DNA from: Halothiobacillus sp.
GTDB taxonomy: Bacteria; Pseudomonadota; Gammaproteobacteria; Halothiobacillales; Halothiobacillaceae
Assembly (NCBI RefSeq): GCF_028710545.1
Contig: NZ_JAQTTX010000008.1
Span: 304 to 64,303 of the forward strand
Direction of reading: 5' to 3'
DNA length: 64,000 nt
Positions 34,094-43,092 of the stretch are shown here, piece by piece. A model generated the notes under the pieces. That model ran no database searches. It was not told the origin of the DNA and worked only from the letters and a program-made list of their open reading frames with translations. The position numbers and the translations under genes were made by a program. Position 1 is the first letter of the stretch, and each line of letters starts with the position of its first letter.

Positions 34094-35359
34094 ATGTCAC
34101 TTATTGCGTTTGGTTTGAATCATAAAACGGCCCCGGTGGATGTGCGTGAGCGCATCGCCTTCGGGCCTGAGCGCATGTCTTCCGCGCTTGAGGGGCTGAT
34201 TCATGGTTGTGGCGCGAAGGAAGCCGCCATCGTTTCTACCTGCAATCGGACCGAAATTTATACCCGTTCGGATTGCGTGCGGGAGAATCTGGTCGAGTGG
34301 CTGGCAGCGTTTCACCATTTGCCGCCGGAAGCCATTGCCCCTTATGTGTATGACCACCGCGATGAGCTCGCTATTCGCCACCTGATGCGCGTTGCCTGCG
34401 GTTTGGACTCCATGGTGCTGGGTGAGCCGCAAATTCTCGGCCAGATCAAGGATGCCTTCACCATCGCTCAAGATGCTCAGGCGCTGGGCCCCGTTCTGAG
34501 TCGGTTATTCCAGCACACCTTCTCGGTGGCAAAGCAGGTACGTACCGATACACAGATTGGTGCCAGCCCGGTGTCGGTGGCTTTTGCGGCGGTGAGCCTT
34601 GCCAAGCAGATTTTCGGTGATCTATCCCAAAAGACTGCCCTGCTGATCGGCGCAGGCGAAACAATCGAACTGTGCGCCCGCCATCTTCAGGGCAGTGGGC
34701 TCAAGCAGGTTATTGTTGCCAACCGGTCGATCGACCGCGCCCATCACCTGGCTGAACAGTTTGGCGGGCTTGCCATCGGCCTCACCGACATCCCGGCGCA
34801 TCTGCACAAGGCAGACGTGGTTATTTCCTCAACCGCCAGCCCGTTGCCCGTACTGGGTAAAGGGGCGGTAGAGCAGGCACTCAAGCAACGCAAGCGCCGT
34901 CCGATCTTTATGGTCGACATAGCCGTTCCACGCGATATCGAGCCGCAGGTCAGCGATTTGCAGGATGTGTACCTGTATACGGTCGATGATCTCAAATCGG
35001 TCATCGACGAAGGTCAGAAATCCCGTGCAGCCGCAGCCGAACAGGCGGAAGAAATCATCACCCTGCAAGTCGGGCATTTCCTCGAATGGGTTCAGTTGCA
35101 GACGGGCGCGGAGCTGATCAAGTCCTACCGGCGCCAATCAGAGCAAACCCGGGATGATGTTCTGTTCAGAGCAAAGGCACTGCTGGCGGCGGGCAAATCT
35201 CCCGAGGAAACCCTGGATTACCTTGCGCACACCCTGACCAACCGGCTCATCCATCATCCCACCGTCGTGCTGCGTGAAGCCTGTGCCACGGGTGATCTGA
35301 CCGCCGTTCATGCGGTTCAGAACGTCCTCGGTCTGGGGGGGGATTCCCCCTCGTCTTAG
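34094..35359 (+). CDS. hemA: Glutamyl-tRNA reductase
   Basis: MSLIAFGLNHKTAPVDVRERIAF..STCNRTEIY..GEPQILGQ..LIGAGETIEL. Confidence 0.96.
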   Translation: MSLIAFGLNHKTAPVDVRERIAFGPERMSSALEGLIHGCGAKEAAIVSTCNRTEIYTRSDCVRENLVEWLAAFHHLPPEAIAPYVYDHRDELAIRHLMRVACGLDSMVLGEPQILGQIKDAFTIAQDAQALGPVLSRLFQHTFSVAKQVRTDTQIGASPVSVAFAAVSLAKQIFGDLSQKTALLIGAGETIELCARHLQGSGLKQVIVANRSIDRAHHLAEQFGGLAIGLTDIPAHLHKADVVISSTASPLPVLGKGAVEQALKQRKRRPIFMVDIAVPRDIEPQVSDLQDVYLYTVDDLKSVIDEGQKSRAAAAEQAEEIITLQVGHFLEWVQLQTGAELIKSYRRQSEQTRDDVLFRAKALLAAGKSPEETLDYLAHTLTNRLIHHPTVVLREACATGDLTAVHAVQNVLGLGGDSPSS

Positions 35360-35434
35360 CTGGGTCGTATTTTCGATTGTCATCCTTCTTCCCGCTTGTC
35401 GGGATCTTGTTTCCCCTCTCTTGTTGAATGCTCC

Positions 35435-36529
35435 ATGCTGCCATCCGCTCTGTTGAATCGCTTATTCGCCCTGTCCGAACGGTATGACGAGCTCAATGCG
35501 TTGTTGTCCGAACCGGAGGTAATCAACAATCAGGATCGATTCCGCAGCCTGTCAAAAGAGCATGCCCGTCTGCACGATCTCGTTGTGGTGCTCGACCGCT
35601 ATCAGAAGGTGAAAGCCGATTTGCAGGCGGCCGAACAGATGAGCCGTGAATCTGACCGCGAGATGGCCGCGCTGGCCGTCGAAGAAATGAAGGAATTGCA
35701 GGCTGAAATCGAATCGCTGGATGAAGCGCTCAAAATTCACCTGTTGCCGCATGATCCGGCCGATGATGGCGATGTCATCCTTGAAATTCGAGCCGGCACC
35801 GGGGGGGATGAAGCCGCCATCTTCGCGGGGGATTTGTTGCGCATGTATTTGAAATACGCCGATACCCAGGGCTGGCGCACCGAAATTCTTTCCGAACAAC
35901 CGGGCGAGCATGGCGGATATCGCGAAGTCATTGCCCAAATCAGTGGCGATGGCGTGTATGCGGCATTGAAGTTCGAATCCGGCGCGCACCGCGTACAGCG
36001 TGTGCCGACCACGGAAACCCAGGGCCGTGTTCATACCTCCGCCGCGACGGTCGCGGTGATGCCGGTCGTGCCGGAATCGGAGGCCATCACGCTCGATCCT
36101 TCTACCTTGAGAATCGATACGTTTCGCGCCTCAGGAGCCGGTGGGCAGCATATCAACAAAACCGACTCGGCGATTCGCGTGACCCACCTGCCGACCGGTA
36201 TGGTGGTGGAATGTCAGGACGAGCGATCTCAGCACAAGAACAAAGCCCGTGCTTTAAGTGTATTGGCCGCACGACTGGCTGATGCAGAGCGGCAAAAAGC
36301 CCACGCGGAACAAGCAGCCACGCGCAAGGCACTCGTGGGTTCAGGCGACCGTTCCGAACGTATTCGCACCTATAACTTCCCGCAGGGGCGCGTAACCGAT
36401 CACCGCATCAACCTGACGCTCTATCAGCTCGATCGAGTACTGTTGGGTGATCTTGATCCCATCATTCACCCGTTACGACAGACCGATCAGGCCGACCAAC
36501 TGGCGGCGCTGGCTCAGGCACCGCTCTGA
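35435..36529 (+). CDS. prfA: Peptide chain release factor 1
   Basis: The internal ATG aligns with the RF1 N-terminus ([24 protein letters not shown]). PTT tripeptide context and [18 protein letters not shown] (GGQ). It follows hemA. Confidence 0.96.
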   Translation: MLPSALLNRLFALSERYDELNALLSEPEVINNQDRFRSLSKEHARLHDLVVVLDRYQKVKADLQAAEQMSRESDREMAALAVEEMKELQAEIESLDEALKIHLLPHDPADDGDVILEIRAGTGGDEAAIFAGDLLRMYLKYADTQGWRTEILSEQPGEHGGYREVIAQISGDGVYAALKFESGAHRVQRVPTTETQGRVHTSAATVAVMPVVPESEAITLDPSTLRIDTFRASGAGGQHINKTDSAIRVTHLPTGMVVECQDERSQHKNKARALSVLAARLADAERQKAHAEQAATRKALVGSGDRSERIRTYNFPQGRVTDHRINLTLYQLDRVLLGDLDPIIHPLRQTDQADQLAALAQAPL

Positions 36530-36537
36530 TTGATGAT

Positions 36538-37407
36538 GTGGATCACATGACCCACGAACAGGGCATTCCACTCGCCAAATTGATCGACGAAGCACGGGGC
36601 TTGCTCGGCGGTGATGCCGATGCGATGGTCGATATCCGAAGCCTGGTAACGCAATTGGCGGGTCTTGATCGAGCCCGTCAGTTGATGGAACCGGAGCGGC
36701 TATTGCCGTCAGCAATGGCTGATCGGTTGCGCAGCGCGTTCGAACGTCGTGCGGCTGGTGAACCGGTTGCCTATATCACGGGATTCAAGCCGTTCTGGCG
36801 CCATGAATTTCAGGTCACGCCCGCCACGTTGATTCCTCGCCCTGAAACCGAACACCTTCTGGAGTGGGCGCTGGAAAAAATCCCTTTAGAGCAGGCAATG
36901 ACGGTCGCGGATCTCGGTACCGGTTCCGGCGTGCCTGCCATCAGCCTGGCGTTTGAGCGACCGCAGGCACAGGTTTTCGGTTGTGATCTGAGTTTCGAGG
37001 CATTACAGGTTGCACGTCAAAATGAACGGCGATTGCTGCCTGATTCAGCTTTGCCGATCAAGTGGCTTCAGGGTTCCTGGTGCAGTATGTTCAAACAAGA
37101 AAGTTTGGACGTGATTGTCAGCAATCCACCATACATCCGCCCGGATGATCCTCATCTCAATGTTGGTGACTTGCGCTTTGAGCCACAGACTGCGTTGGTC
37201 GCACAAGATGAGGGGATGGCCGATTACCGGCAGATCATCGCTCAGGCGACAACCCGGTTGAAGCCGGGCGGCTGGATTCTGTTCGAGCATGGCTATGATC
37301 AGGCAAAGGCCGTGGCCGAGTGTCTGGCGCAACATGGATTTGAATCTATTTCTCATCGAACCGATCTTGCCGGGCAGGAGCGAAACACCGCTGCACAGCG
37401 GCGTTGA
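36538..37407 (+). CDS. prmC: Release-factor glutamine methyltransferase PrmC/HemK
   Basis: GEPVAYITG, LIPRPETE, DLGTGSG and the catalytic NPPY (VSNPPYI). The start is GTG 36538 or ATG 36547. Confidence 0.9.
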   Translation: MDHMTHEQGIPLAKLIDEARGLLGGDADAMVDIRSLVTQLAGLDRARQLMEPERLLPSAMADRLRSAFERRAAGEPVAYITGFKPFWRHEFQVTPATLIPRPETEHLLEWALEKIPLEQAMTVADLGTGSGVPAISLAFERPQAQVFGCDLSFEALQVARQNERRLLPDSALPIKWLQGSWCSMFKQESLDVIVSNPPYIRPDDPHLNVGDLRFEPQTALVAQDEGMADYRQIIAQATTRLKPGGWILFEHGYDQAKAVAECLAQHGFESISHRTDLAGQERNTAAQRR

Positions 37408-37565
37408 TTTGAGGTTTACTTGCTGATTGATGCCAGTGCGGCGGGCACATAGCGTCATCTAAGATTGGTTTTAGGTCATTTGAAGGTCACAAAATGCCAA
37501 AATTGCGTTAATCTGATTCCATGAGTTCAGCGCACCCCCTAAAAATTTCCGGGGCGCAGGAGTGG

Positions 37566-37991
37566 ATGATGGACAGTTCCGAACGAATCAAACATCGTGA
37601 GATCACCTTTCGCGGGCCTCATCACAACGGGGATCAGGCGGCGGGTGCCTGCGCATTTGCCGTTCATCTAGACGGAGTGCAGGATGCACAACCCAAAAAC
37701 CCTGCCTGCATGTGGGTCGAATATGACTTGCAAATGATCTGCCTCAAGGTTTTGCGGCGTCATCTGCAACTTGCGGGTTTTCATCTGGATGCTTCCCTGC
37801 TGAACAAGCTCAAAATCGCACTCATCGAGTATTCAGAAGAGAATCAGCGCGAAGCCATGGGTTTGGGGAACTGCCCCATGCCCAATCAGGTATTCAGGCC
37901 AACAGCGGAGCAGATTTCCGCTTGCCAGCGTTTCTCGCGTCACCAAGGCTCAACAGAGCGTGGCGATGATCCCTGGCAGCATTACCTTTAA
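37566..37991 (+). CDS. Hypothetical protein (no family recognised)
   Basis: ORF 37521-37991. AGGAG at 37558-37562 favours the ATG at 37566 or 37569. It sits between prmC and moeB on the same strand. I recognise no motif. Confidence 0.4.
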   Translation: MMDSSERIKHREITFRGPHHNGDQAAGACAFAVHLDGVQDAQPKNPACMWVEYDLQMICLKVLRRHLQLAGFHLDASLLNKLKIALIEYSEENQREAMGLGNCPMPNQVFRPTAEQISACQRFSRHQGSTERGDDPWQHYL

Positions 37992-38027
37992 GCCCTTCAC
38001 AATCACGCTAATTTTTTGAAACAATAA

Positions 38028-38789
38028 ATGAACGACGAGCAATTACTGCGCTATAGCCGCCATATCATGCTGCCTGAAATCGACTATGCGGGGCAAGAGC
38101 GTCTGCGCGGATCTCGCGTCTTGATCGCTGGTTTGGGCGGCTTGGGCTCGCCCGTAGCCTTGTATCTTGCGGCTGCTGGTGTGGGCGAGTTGGTGCTGGC
38201 TGATTTTGATGCGGTTGATTTGAGCAATCTGCAGCGACAGGTGATTCACGACACCGCCTCTGTGGGCTTGCTTAAGATTGATTCGGCTGCCCGGCGAATT
38301 GCCGCTATCAATCCGGATGTAAAACTTAGGCTTATTCACGACAAGCTTACAAAGGAGAACCTGCCGGAATTGCTGGCTGATGTCGATCTGGTTTGTGACT
38401 GTTCGGATAATTTCGCACTGCGTTTTGCGCTCAATGCGGCCTGTGTTGATGCTCAAAAACCGCTGGTTTCTGGTGCAGCGATCCGTATGGAAGGGCAGGT
38501 GACCGTGTTCGATACGCGACTGCCCGAATCGCCTTGCTACCACTGTTTGTATCAGGAAGAAGGAGAGGATGCGCTGCGTTGTAGTGAAACGGGCGTGCTT
38601 TCGCCGCTTGTCGGTATGATTGGTAGCGTGCAGGCCAGTGAAGCCATCAAGATATTGGCTGGCTTTGGTGACACCTTGGTAGGAAGACTCGCCCTGTTCG
38701 ATCTCAAGCGGGCCGAGTTCAGAACGATTCGGTACCGCCGTGATCCCGATTGCCCTGTTTGTAAGAATCGCTCCACCCCTGCCCAATAA
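38028..38789 (+). CDS. moeB: Molybdopterin-synthase adenylyltransferase (MoeB/ThiF family)
   Basis: LLRYSRHIMLPEIDYAGQERL, GLGGLGSP, DLSNLQRQ and the Zn cysteines CYHC..CPVC. MoeB versus ThiF is inferred from the prmC-adjacent synteny seen in pseudomonads. Confidence 0.82.
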   Translation: MNDEQLLRYSRHIMLPEIDYAGQERLRGSRVLIAGLGGLGSPVALYLAAAGVGELVLADFDAVDLSNLQRQVIHDTASVGLLKIDSAARRIAAINPDVKLRLIHDKLTKENLPELLADVDLVCDCSDNFALRFALNAACVDAQKPLVSGAAIRMEGQVTVFDTRLPESPCYHCLYQEEGEDALRCSETGVLSPLVGMIGSVQASEAIKILAGFGDTLVGRLALFDLKRAEFRTIRYRRDPDCPVCKNRSTPAQ

Positions 38790-38793
38790 TTCA

Positions 38794-39837
38794 CTATTTA
38801 GTACTGCGGTCTCGATCCGCTGAAGCCAAAGCCTGTGCAATTTCACCAATCAGCCCCGGCCCGCGATAAATGAAACCCGTATAAAGCTGCAGCAGGTCCG
38901 CTCCGGCCTCGATCTTCTCCAGCGCCGCAGCGGCGCTATCGATACCACCGACGCCAATAATGGGGAAATCGGCTGGCAGCGTGGCGCGAAGCTGGCGGAT
39001 GACTTCGGTCGAGGCCTTGCGAACTGGCCGGCCACTCAATCCACCCGCCTCGTCGGCATGCGGTAGGCCCGCCACCATGGCGCGATCGATGGTGGTGTTG
39101 GTGGCGATCACGCCATCCATGCCTTCATCAAGTAGAAGTCGGGCCATGGATTCGATTTCCTCACCGCTCAGATCGGGCGCGATTTTCACCACGATCGGGA
39201 CTTGACGGTCGTTTTTCTGATCGAGTTCGTCCTTTTGTTTCTTCAATGCGGCGAGCAAGGGACCGAATTGATCCGCAGCTTGCAACTGGCGCAAATTTTT
39301 TGTGTTCGGGGATGAAATATTGATCGTGACGTAGTCGGCGAAACGATGGACTTCTCTCAGTCCGATCAAATAGTCATCGAGCGCGCGCTCGATCGGGGTA
39401 TCGAAATTCTTGCCAATGTTCAGGCCCAGAATGCCTTTGCTGGTTCGATTTTGAACATTGTCGAGAAAGGTTTTAAGGCCATCGTTGTTGAATCCCATGC
39501 GGTTGATCAGCGCCTCTGCATCGGGCAGCCGGAACAACCGTGGTCGCGGGTTGCCGGGTTGGGCGCGTGGGGTGACGGTGCCGATTTCGATAAATCCGAA
39601 CCCGAGGCACGAGAGGGCATCGATATGATCGCCGTTCTTGTCGAGCCCGGCCGCCAGACCGATTCGGTTAGGGAAGTTCAACCCCATGACGTCTACCGGA
39701 CTTGAGGGAACCTTCCCGCGCGCGTAGGTGCACCAAGGTGTTTTGGCCGCCAGATCGAGCAGGGCAAATGTCAGTCGGTGGGCCGTTTCTGGTTCGAATC
39801 GGAACAGCAGGGCGCGAATCAATGGATAAAGATTCAT
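38794..39837 (-). CDS. pyrD: Dihydroorotate dehydrogenase (quinone), class 2
   Basis: The ATG at 39837 gives MNLYPLIRALLFRFEPETAHRLTF... Motifs GLAAGLDKNGD, GFGFIEIGTVTP, NISSPNT and GVGGI support the call. Confidence 0.94.
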   Translation of the reverse strand: MNLYPLIRALLFRFEPETAHRLTFALLDLAAKTPWCTYARGKVPSSPVDVMGLNFPNRIGLAAGLDKNGDHIDALSCLGFGFIEIGTVTPRAQPGNPRPRLFRLPDAEALINRMGFNNDGLKTFLDNVQNRTSKGILGLNIGKNFDTPIERALDDYLIGLREVHRFADYVTINISSPNTKNLRQLQAADQFGPLLAALKKQKDELDQKNDRQVPIVVKIAPDLSGEEIESMARLLLDEGMDGVIATNTTIDRAMVAGLPHADEAGGLSGRPVRKASTEVIRQLRATLPADFPIIGVGGIDSAAAALEKIEAGADLLQLYTGFIYRGPGLIGEIAQALASADRDRSTK

Positions 39838-40035
39838 AAGGGTGTGATCACTTGGCGTTGAAATGGCACCCAGTTTGCCGTGACCGTGTGCGGGGCGCAA
39901 TCCAACCCCTCAAATTCCCTCTCGTGCATTCATCAAAATTTCACGTTCTTGTCAGCGTTGCGAAATAAACCGAACACGCTAATGACATATCCGCTGATTA
40001 AGTTGCATTACATATCAATCTAGGTGTGGTGTGTC

Positions 40036-40869
40036 ATGGATTTGGATTGCAACAAAGCGTCTTCAACCAAGGGGCCGAAAAACAAAGCTGACTCAGATCG
40101 CCGACTACAAGTCGAGTTGGCGCTGAACCAAGAGCAGATCGATGCCTGCTTTCGTCTGCGCTATCGGGTTTTTGTTGAAGAATTGGGTGCAAAAATCGAC
40201 TGCGCCCTGCCATTGGGGCTGGAAAGCGACCATTTTGATGACTATTGCCACCACATGCTGGTGCGGGATTTGGATTCCGGCGAAGCGGTGGCGTGTACAC
40301 GCATTCTTACGGATACCCAGGCTCAGGTTGCCGGAGGATACTATTCTGCCAGAGAGTTTGATCTCTCCCGCTTAAAAGGTGTGGAAGGTCGTGTGATGGA
40401 AATCGGTCGAACCTGTGTCGACCCGGCTTATCGAAATGGCGCCACCATCGGCTGTCTTTGGTCTGGTCTGGCGCAATTCATGGAAATCAACCGGTTCATG
40501 TACCTGATGGGATGCGCGAGCATTTCTCTGGAAGATGGCGGAATCCAGGCCAATCTCATCATGGATCAATTACGTGATCGGCATCTCACGCCGGAATCGT
40601 TGCGGGTCGATTCCCTGCGTGCGCTTCCTCGTATGGAGCATGACACGGCTTTGCTCGCGCTGGAAGTCCGAATGCCCCCTTTATTGAAAGCCTACCTTCG
40701 TCTTGGTGCACAGATCGGCGGTGAACCGTTCTGGGATAAAGATTTCAAAACGGCGGATGTATTCATCTGGTTAGCACGGTCGAATCTTCAGCGACGTTAT
40801 GTCCGGCATTTCATTCAGCGAAAACAGGATGGTGTGCTTGATTCAGTAAAACCACGTCAGGCGGCCTGA
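40036..40869 (+). CDS. GNAT-family N-acyltransferase (OlsB / hemolysin-like, Acetyltransf_5 type)
   Basis: ACFRLRYRVFVEELGA, DDYCHHMLV, YYSAREFDL, EIGRTCVDPAYRNG and LKAYLRLGA are characteristic of acyl-ACP-dependent N-acyl amino acid / ornithine-lipid synthases. Confidence 0.7.
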   Translation: MDLDCNKASSTKGPKNKADSDRRLQVELALNQEQIDACFRLRYRVFVEELGAKIDCALPLGLESDHFDDYCHHMLVRDLDSGEAVACTRILTDTQAQVAGGYYSAREFDLSRLKGVEGRVMEIGRTCVDPAYRNGATIGCLWSGLAQFMEINRFMYLMGCASISLEDGGIQANLIMDQLRDRHLTPESLRVDSLRALPRMEHDTALLALEVRMPPLLKAYLRLGAQIGGEPFWDKDFKTADVFIWLARSNLQRRYVRHFIQRKQDGVLDSVKPRQAA

Positions 40870-40952
40870 ATCGCGCAAAGAGCCAGATGTTTATCGATCT
40901 TCCGCAAGATGGCGCTAAACTGAGCCGCTATTCATAACAGAGCGGCCTTCTT

Positions 40953-41363
40953 ATGGACGAAGAGCTGATTTTGCCGATCAAGTCCAAAATCGATCCACAA
41001 TTTGAGCGACAGTTACGCTTGTTTTTACAGCAAGCGGAATCAAAAATGCCGAATGTCAGTGAAGCCGAACTTCTGCGCGCGGCGGCGGGGCGGCGCGAAG
41101 ATCAGCGGTTGGTGGCCGAATATGTCATCGGCATGCTCTGGTTGAGCTGGCGTTTCGATCGAGCGAATCAAATGTTGGATTCCGCCTTGGCCGTTGCCTC
41201 GGCATATATGTCGAGCGCCGATTATCTGAATCTGGTGCAAAAAGTTTCCCTGCTGAAGAACCTTCCTCTGTTCTCCGTGCCGCGACATGAGCGACAAACG
41301 CTGACTGATCTTCTGCAGGAGGCACGATTGGTTGTCTATCTGAAAACCGGGCGATTGTCTTGA
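40953..41363 (+). CDS. Hypothetical protein
   Basis: 136-aa ORF with ordinary-looking composition and no recognisable motif. Confidence 0.4.
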   Translation: MDEELILPIKSKIDPQFERQLRLFLQQAESKMPNVSEAELLRAAAGRREDQRLVAEYVIGMLWLSWRFDRANQMLDSALAVASAYMSSADYLNLVQKVSLLKNLPLFSVPRHERQTLTDLLQEARLVVYLKTGRLS

Positions 41364-41534
41364 GACCATCGGAGCACTTGCGCCTACGCCTCCAGATGTT
41401 ATGCCAGGAGATGATATGCAAAGCTACTTGAAAAAAATCAAATGAACCAAACTTTAAGCTAGAGTGTTGATCTCACGCATCAGACTCTGAATGGGTCGCA
41501 CGTGCTTTAACTTTTTGGAGAACGAATTCCTGCC

Positions 41535-42464
41535 ATGAAACGAATTATTCTGTTTTTACTGACCAACCTGGCTGTCATGGTGATCCTGTCTGTCGCCTGG
41601 TTTGTCATCTCCAAGGTGTTCGGCCTTGGCGTGACAATGGATAAGGCTGGCATCAATTATGGCTCCACACTTGTACTGGCCGCTGTATTCGGCTTCGGTG
41701 GCTCCCTGATTTCGCTGATGATGTCCAAATGGATGGCCAAACGCAGCGTGGGTGCCGAAGTAATCGAGCAGCCCCGAAACGAAGCCGAACGCTGGTTGCT
41801 GCAAACCGTTGAGCGCCAGGCCAAGATGGCTGGAATCGGCATGCCGGAAGTCGCCATCTATGACTCACCGGAAATCAACGCATTCGCCACGGGTGCGAGC
41901 AGAAACAACGCGCTGGTCGCGGTATCCACCGGCTTGCTGGCCAATATGACTCGAGACGAGGCCGAAGCCGTATTGGGCCATGAGATTGGCCACGTAGCCA
42001 ATGGCGACATGATTACCTTGACGCTTATTCAAGGCGTGGTGAACACGTTCGTTATCTTCTTTGCGCGTATCGTCGGTTATTTTGTCGATCGCGTTTTGCT
42101 CAAGAATCAGGGCGATGGGCCGGGTATCGGCTTTTATGTGACCACCATTGTGGCTGAAATCATCTTCGGGATTTTGGCCAGCATCATCGTGATGTGGTTC
42201 TCCCGCCAGCGTGAGTTCCGTGCAGACGAAGCAGGAGCCCGCTTTGCCGGTCGTCAGAAGATGATTGCGGCATTGGAGCGGTTGAAGTTGAATTACGACA
42301 TGCCTGCACAGTTGCCAGCTCAGATGACTGCGTTCGGCATTTCAGGTCACCGTGGTTCGTTCGGTCGTTTGTTCATGTCACACCCACCACTCGATGAGCG
42401 CATTGCGGCCTTGCGTCACGGGCAATCCTCTGGCTTCGGAGCGCGTGCCGGTACGGTGCAGTAA
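41535..42464 (+). CDS. htpX: Membrane zinc protease HtpX
   Basis: [16 protein letters not shown].., the M48 zinc motif [10 protein letters not shown] and a C-terminal [10 protein letters not shown]. Confidence 0.96.
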   Translation: MKRIILFLLTNLAVMVILSVAWFVISKVFGLGVTMDKAGINYGSTLVLAAVFGFGGSLISLMMSKWMAKRSVGAEVIEQPRNEAERWLLQTVERQAKMAGIGMPEVAIYDSPEINAFATGASRNNALVAVSTGLLANMTRDEAEAVLGHEIGHVANGDMITLTLIQGVVNTFVIFFARIVGYFVDRVLLKNQGDGPGIGFYVTTIVAEIIFGILASIIVMWFSRQREFRADEAGARFAGRQKMIAALERLKLNYDMPAQLPAQMTAFGISGHRGSFGRLFMSHPPLDERIAALRHGQSSGFGARAGTVQ

Positions 42465-42512
42465 TACCCGGGTGATGGCCTTGCGTTAATCCCCGGTCGG
42501 CTCAACGGCTAC

Positions 42513-42671
42513 TTAGGGGAGGTCTGCACAAATGCAGACCTCCCCGAGCAGGGCATGGAGGCCCTGCCGCACAATGACGTAAGTCATTGAAATGCGGAGC
42601 ACAAGACGGGCGTGTACCGGCTTGTGCGTGTCTGCACGAAGCCATGGATGGATTCGTGCAGAGATTCCTTA
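42513..42671 (+). mobile_element. Family B hairpin-array MITE-like repeat, copy B1 (159 bp)
   Basis: Homologous to 57284-57440. Ends are TTAGGGGAGGTCTGCAC / GTGCAGAGATTCCTTA with TA on both flanks. Internal hairpins include GCAGGGC..GCCCTGC, CAATGAC gtaa GTCATTG and TCTGCACGAA..TTCGTGCAGA. Confidence 0.8.
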
Positions 42672-42675
42672 TGTT

Positions 42676-42706
42676 AAAGCCTGCTTGTTGCAGGCTTTTT
42701 GTTTTC
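42676..42706 (+). terminator. Rho-independent terminator (probably for htpX)
   Basis: AAAGCCTGC ttgtt GCAGGCTTT followed by TTGTTTT. Confidence 0.65.
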
Positions 42707-42808
42707 CTGATGCGGAACTTGTCTTTTTGGCGTAGGCTCGAAGTAAATAGCAGGTGAGGGCTCGGCTCAAAGCCGGGAACGGCCGTGAACGTGTTCAGAG
42801 GTTTTAAG

Positions 42809-43024
42809 ATGACTGTTTTATATTTATTCGTACCAATCAGCATGGTGATTGCCGGGATCTTGGTTTGGGCGGCTTTTTGGGCGATCAAGAATAACCAATA
42901 CGAAGATTTGGAAGGCCCCGCTCACCGTATTTTGATGGATGACGATGATCCTCGCATCCCGACACATCATCATTCAAACGAGGATGCCCAGTCGGAATCG
43001 AAGCCAGATAAAAGCAAGAATTAG
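42809..43024 (+). CDS. ccoS: cbb3-type cytochrome oxidase maturation protein CcoS/FixS
   Basis: The ATG at 42809 (AGAGG Shine-Dalgarno) gives MTVLYLFVPISMVIAGILVWAAFWAIKNNQYEDLEGPAHRILMDDDD, matching the CcoS signature (single TM plus QYDDLEGxAxRIL.DDD). Confidence 0.8.
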   Translation: MTVLYLFVPISMVIAGILVWAAFWAIKNNQYEDLEGPAHRILMDDDDPRIPTHHHSNEDAQSESKPDKSKN

Positions 43025-43040
43025 CGGTTTTGCTCTTTCC

Positions 43041-43069
43041 AAAAAAAACCGCCATTTGGCGGTTTTTTG
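43041..43069. terminator. Bidirectional rho-independent terminator between convergent ccoS and metG
   Basis: AAAAAAAACCGCC attt GGCGGTTTTTTGT, with an A-run and a T-run on either side of a perfect stem. Confidence 0.8.
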
Positions 43070-43092
43070 TCAGCCGATTACGGCGTTACAAC

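Noticed and set aside
42502-42888. ORFs overlapping the repeats (42502-42888, 57199-57495, 57341-57523, 49031-49213, 31726-31923, 6068-6347). They share peptide strings such as [13 protein letters not shown] and ISMTYVIER.
   Set aside because: The shared peptides simply reflect repeated DNA. Frames and stop positions differ between copies, there are no Shine-Dalgarno sequences, and the nucleotide-level hairpin conservation explains the similarity better than coding does.
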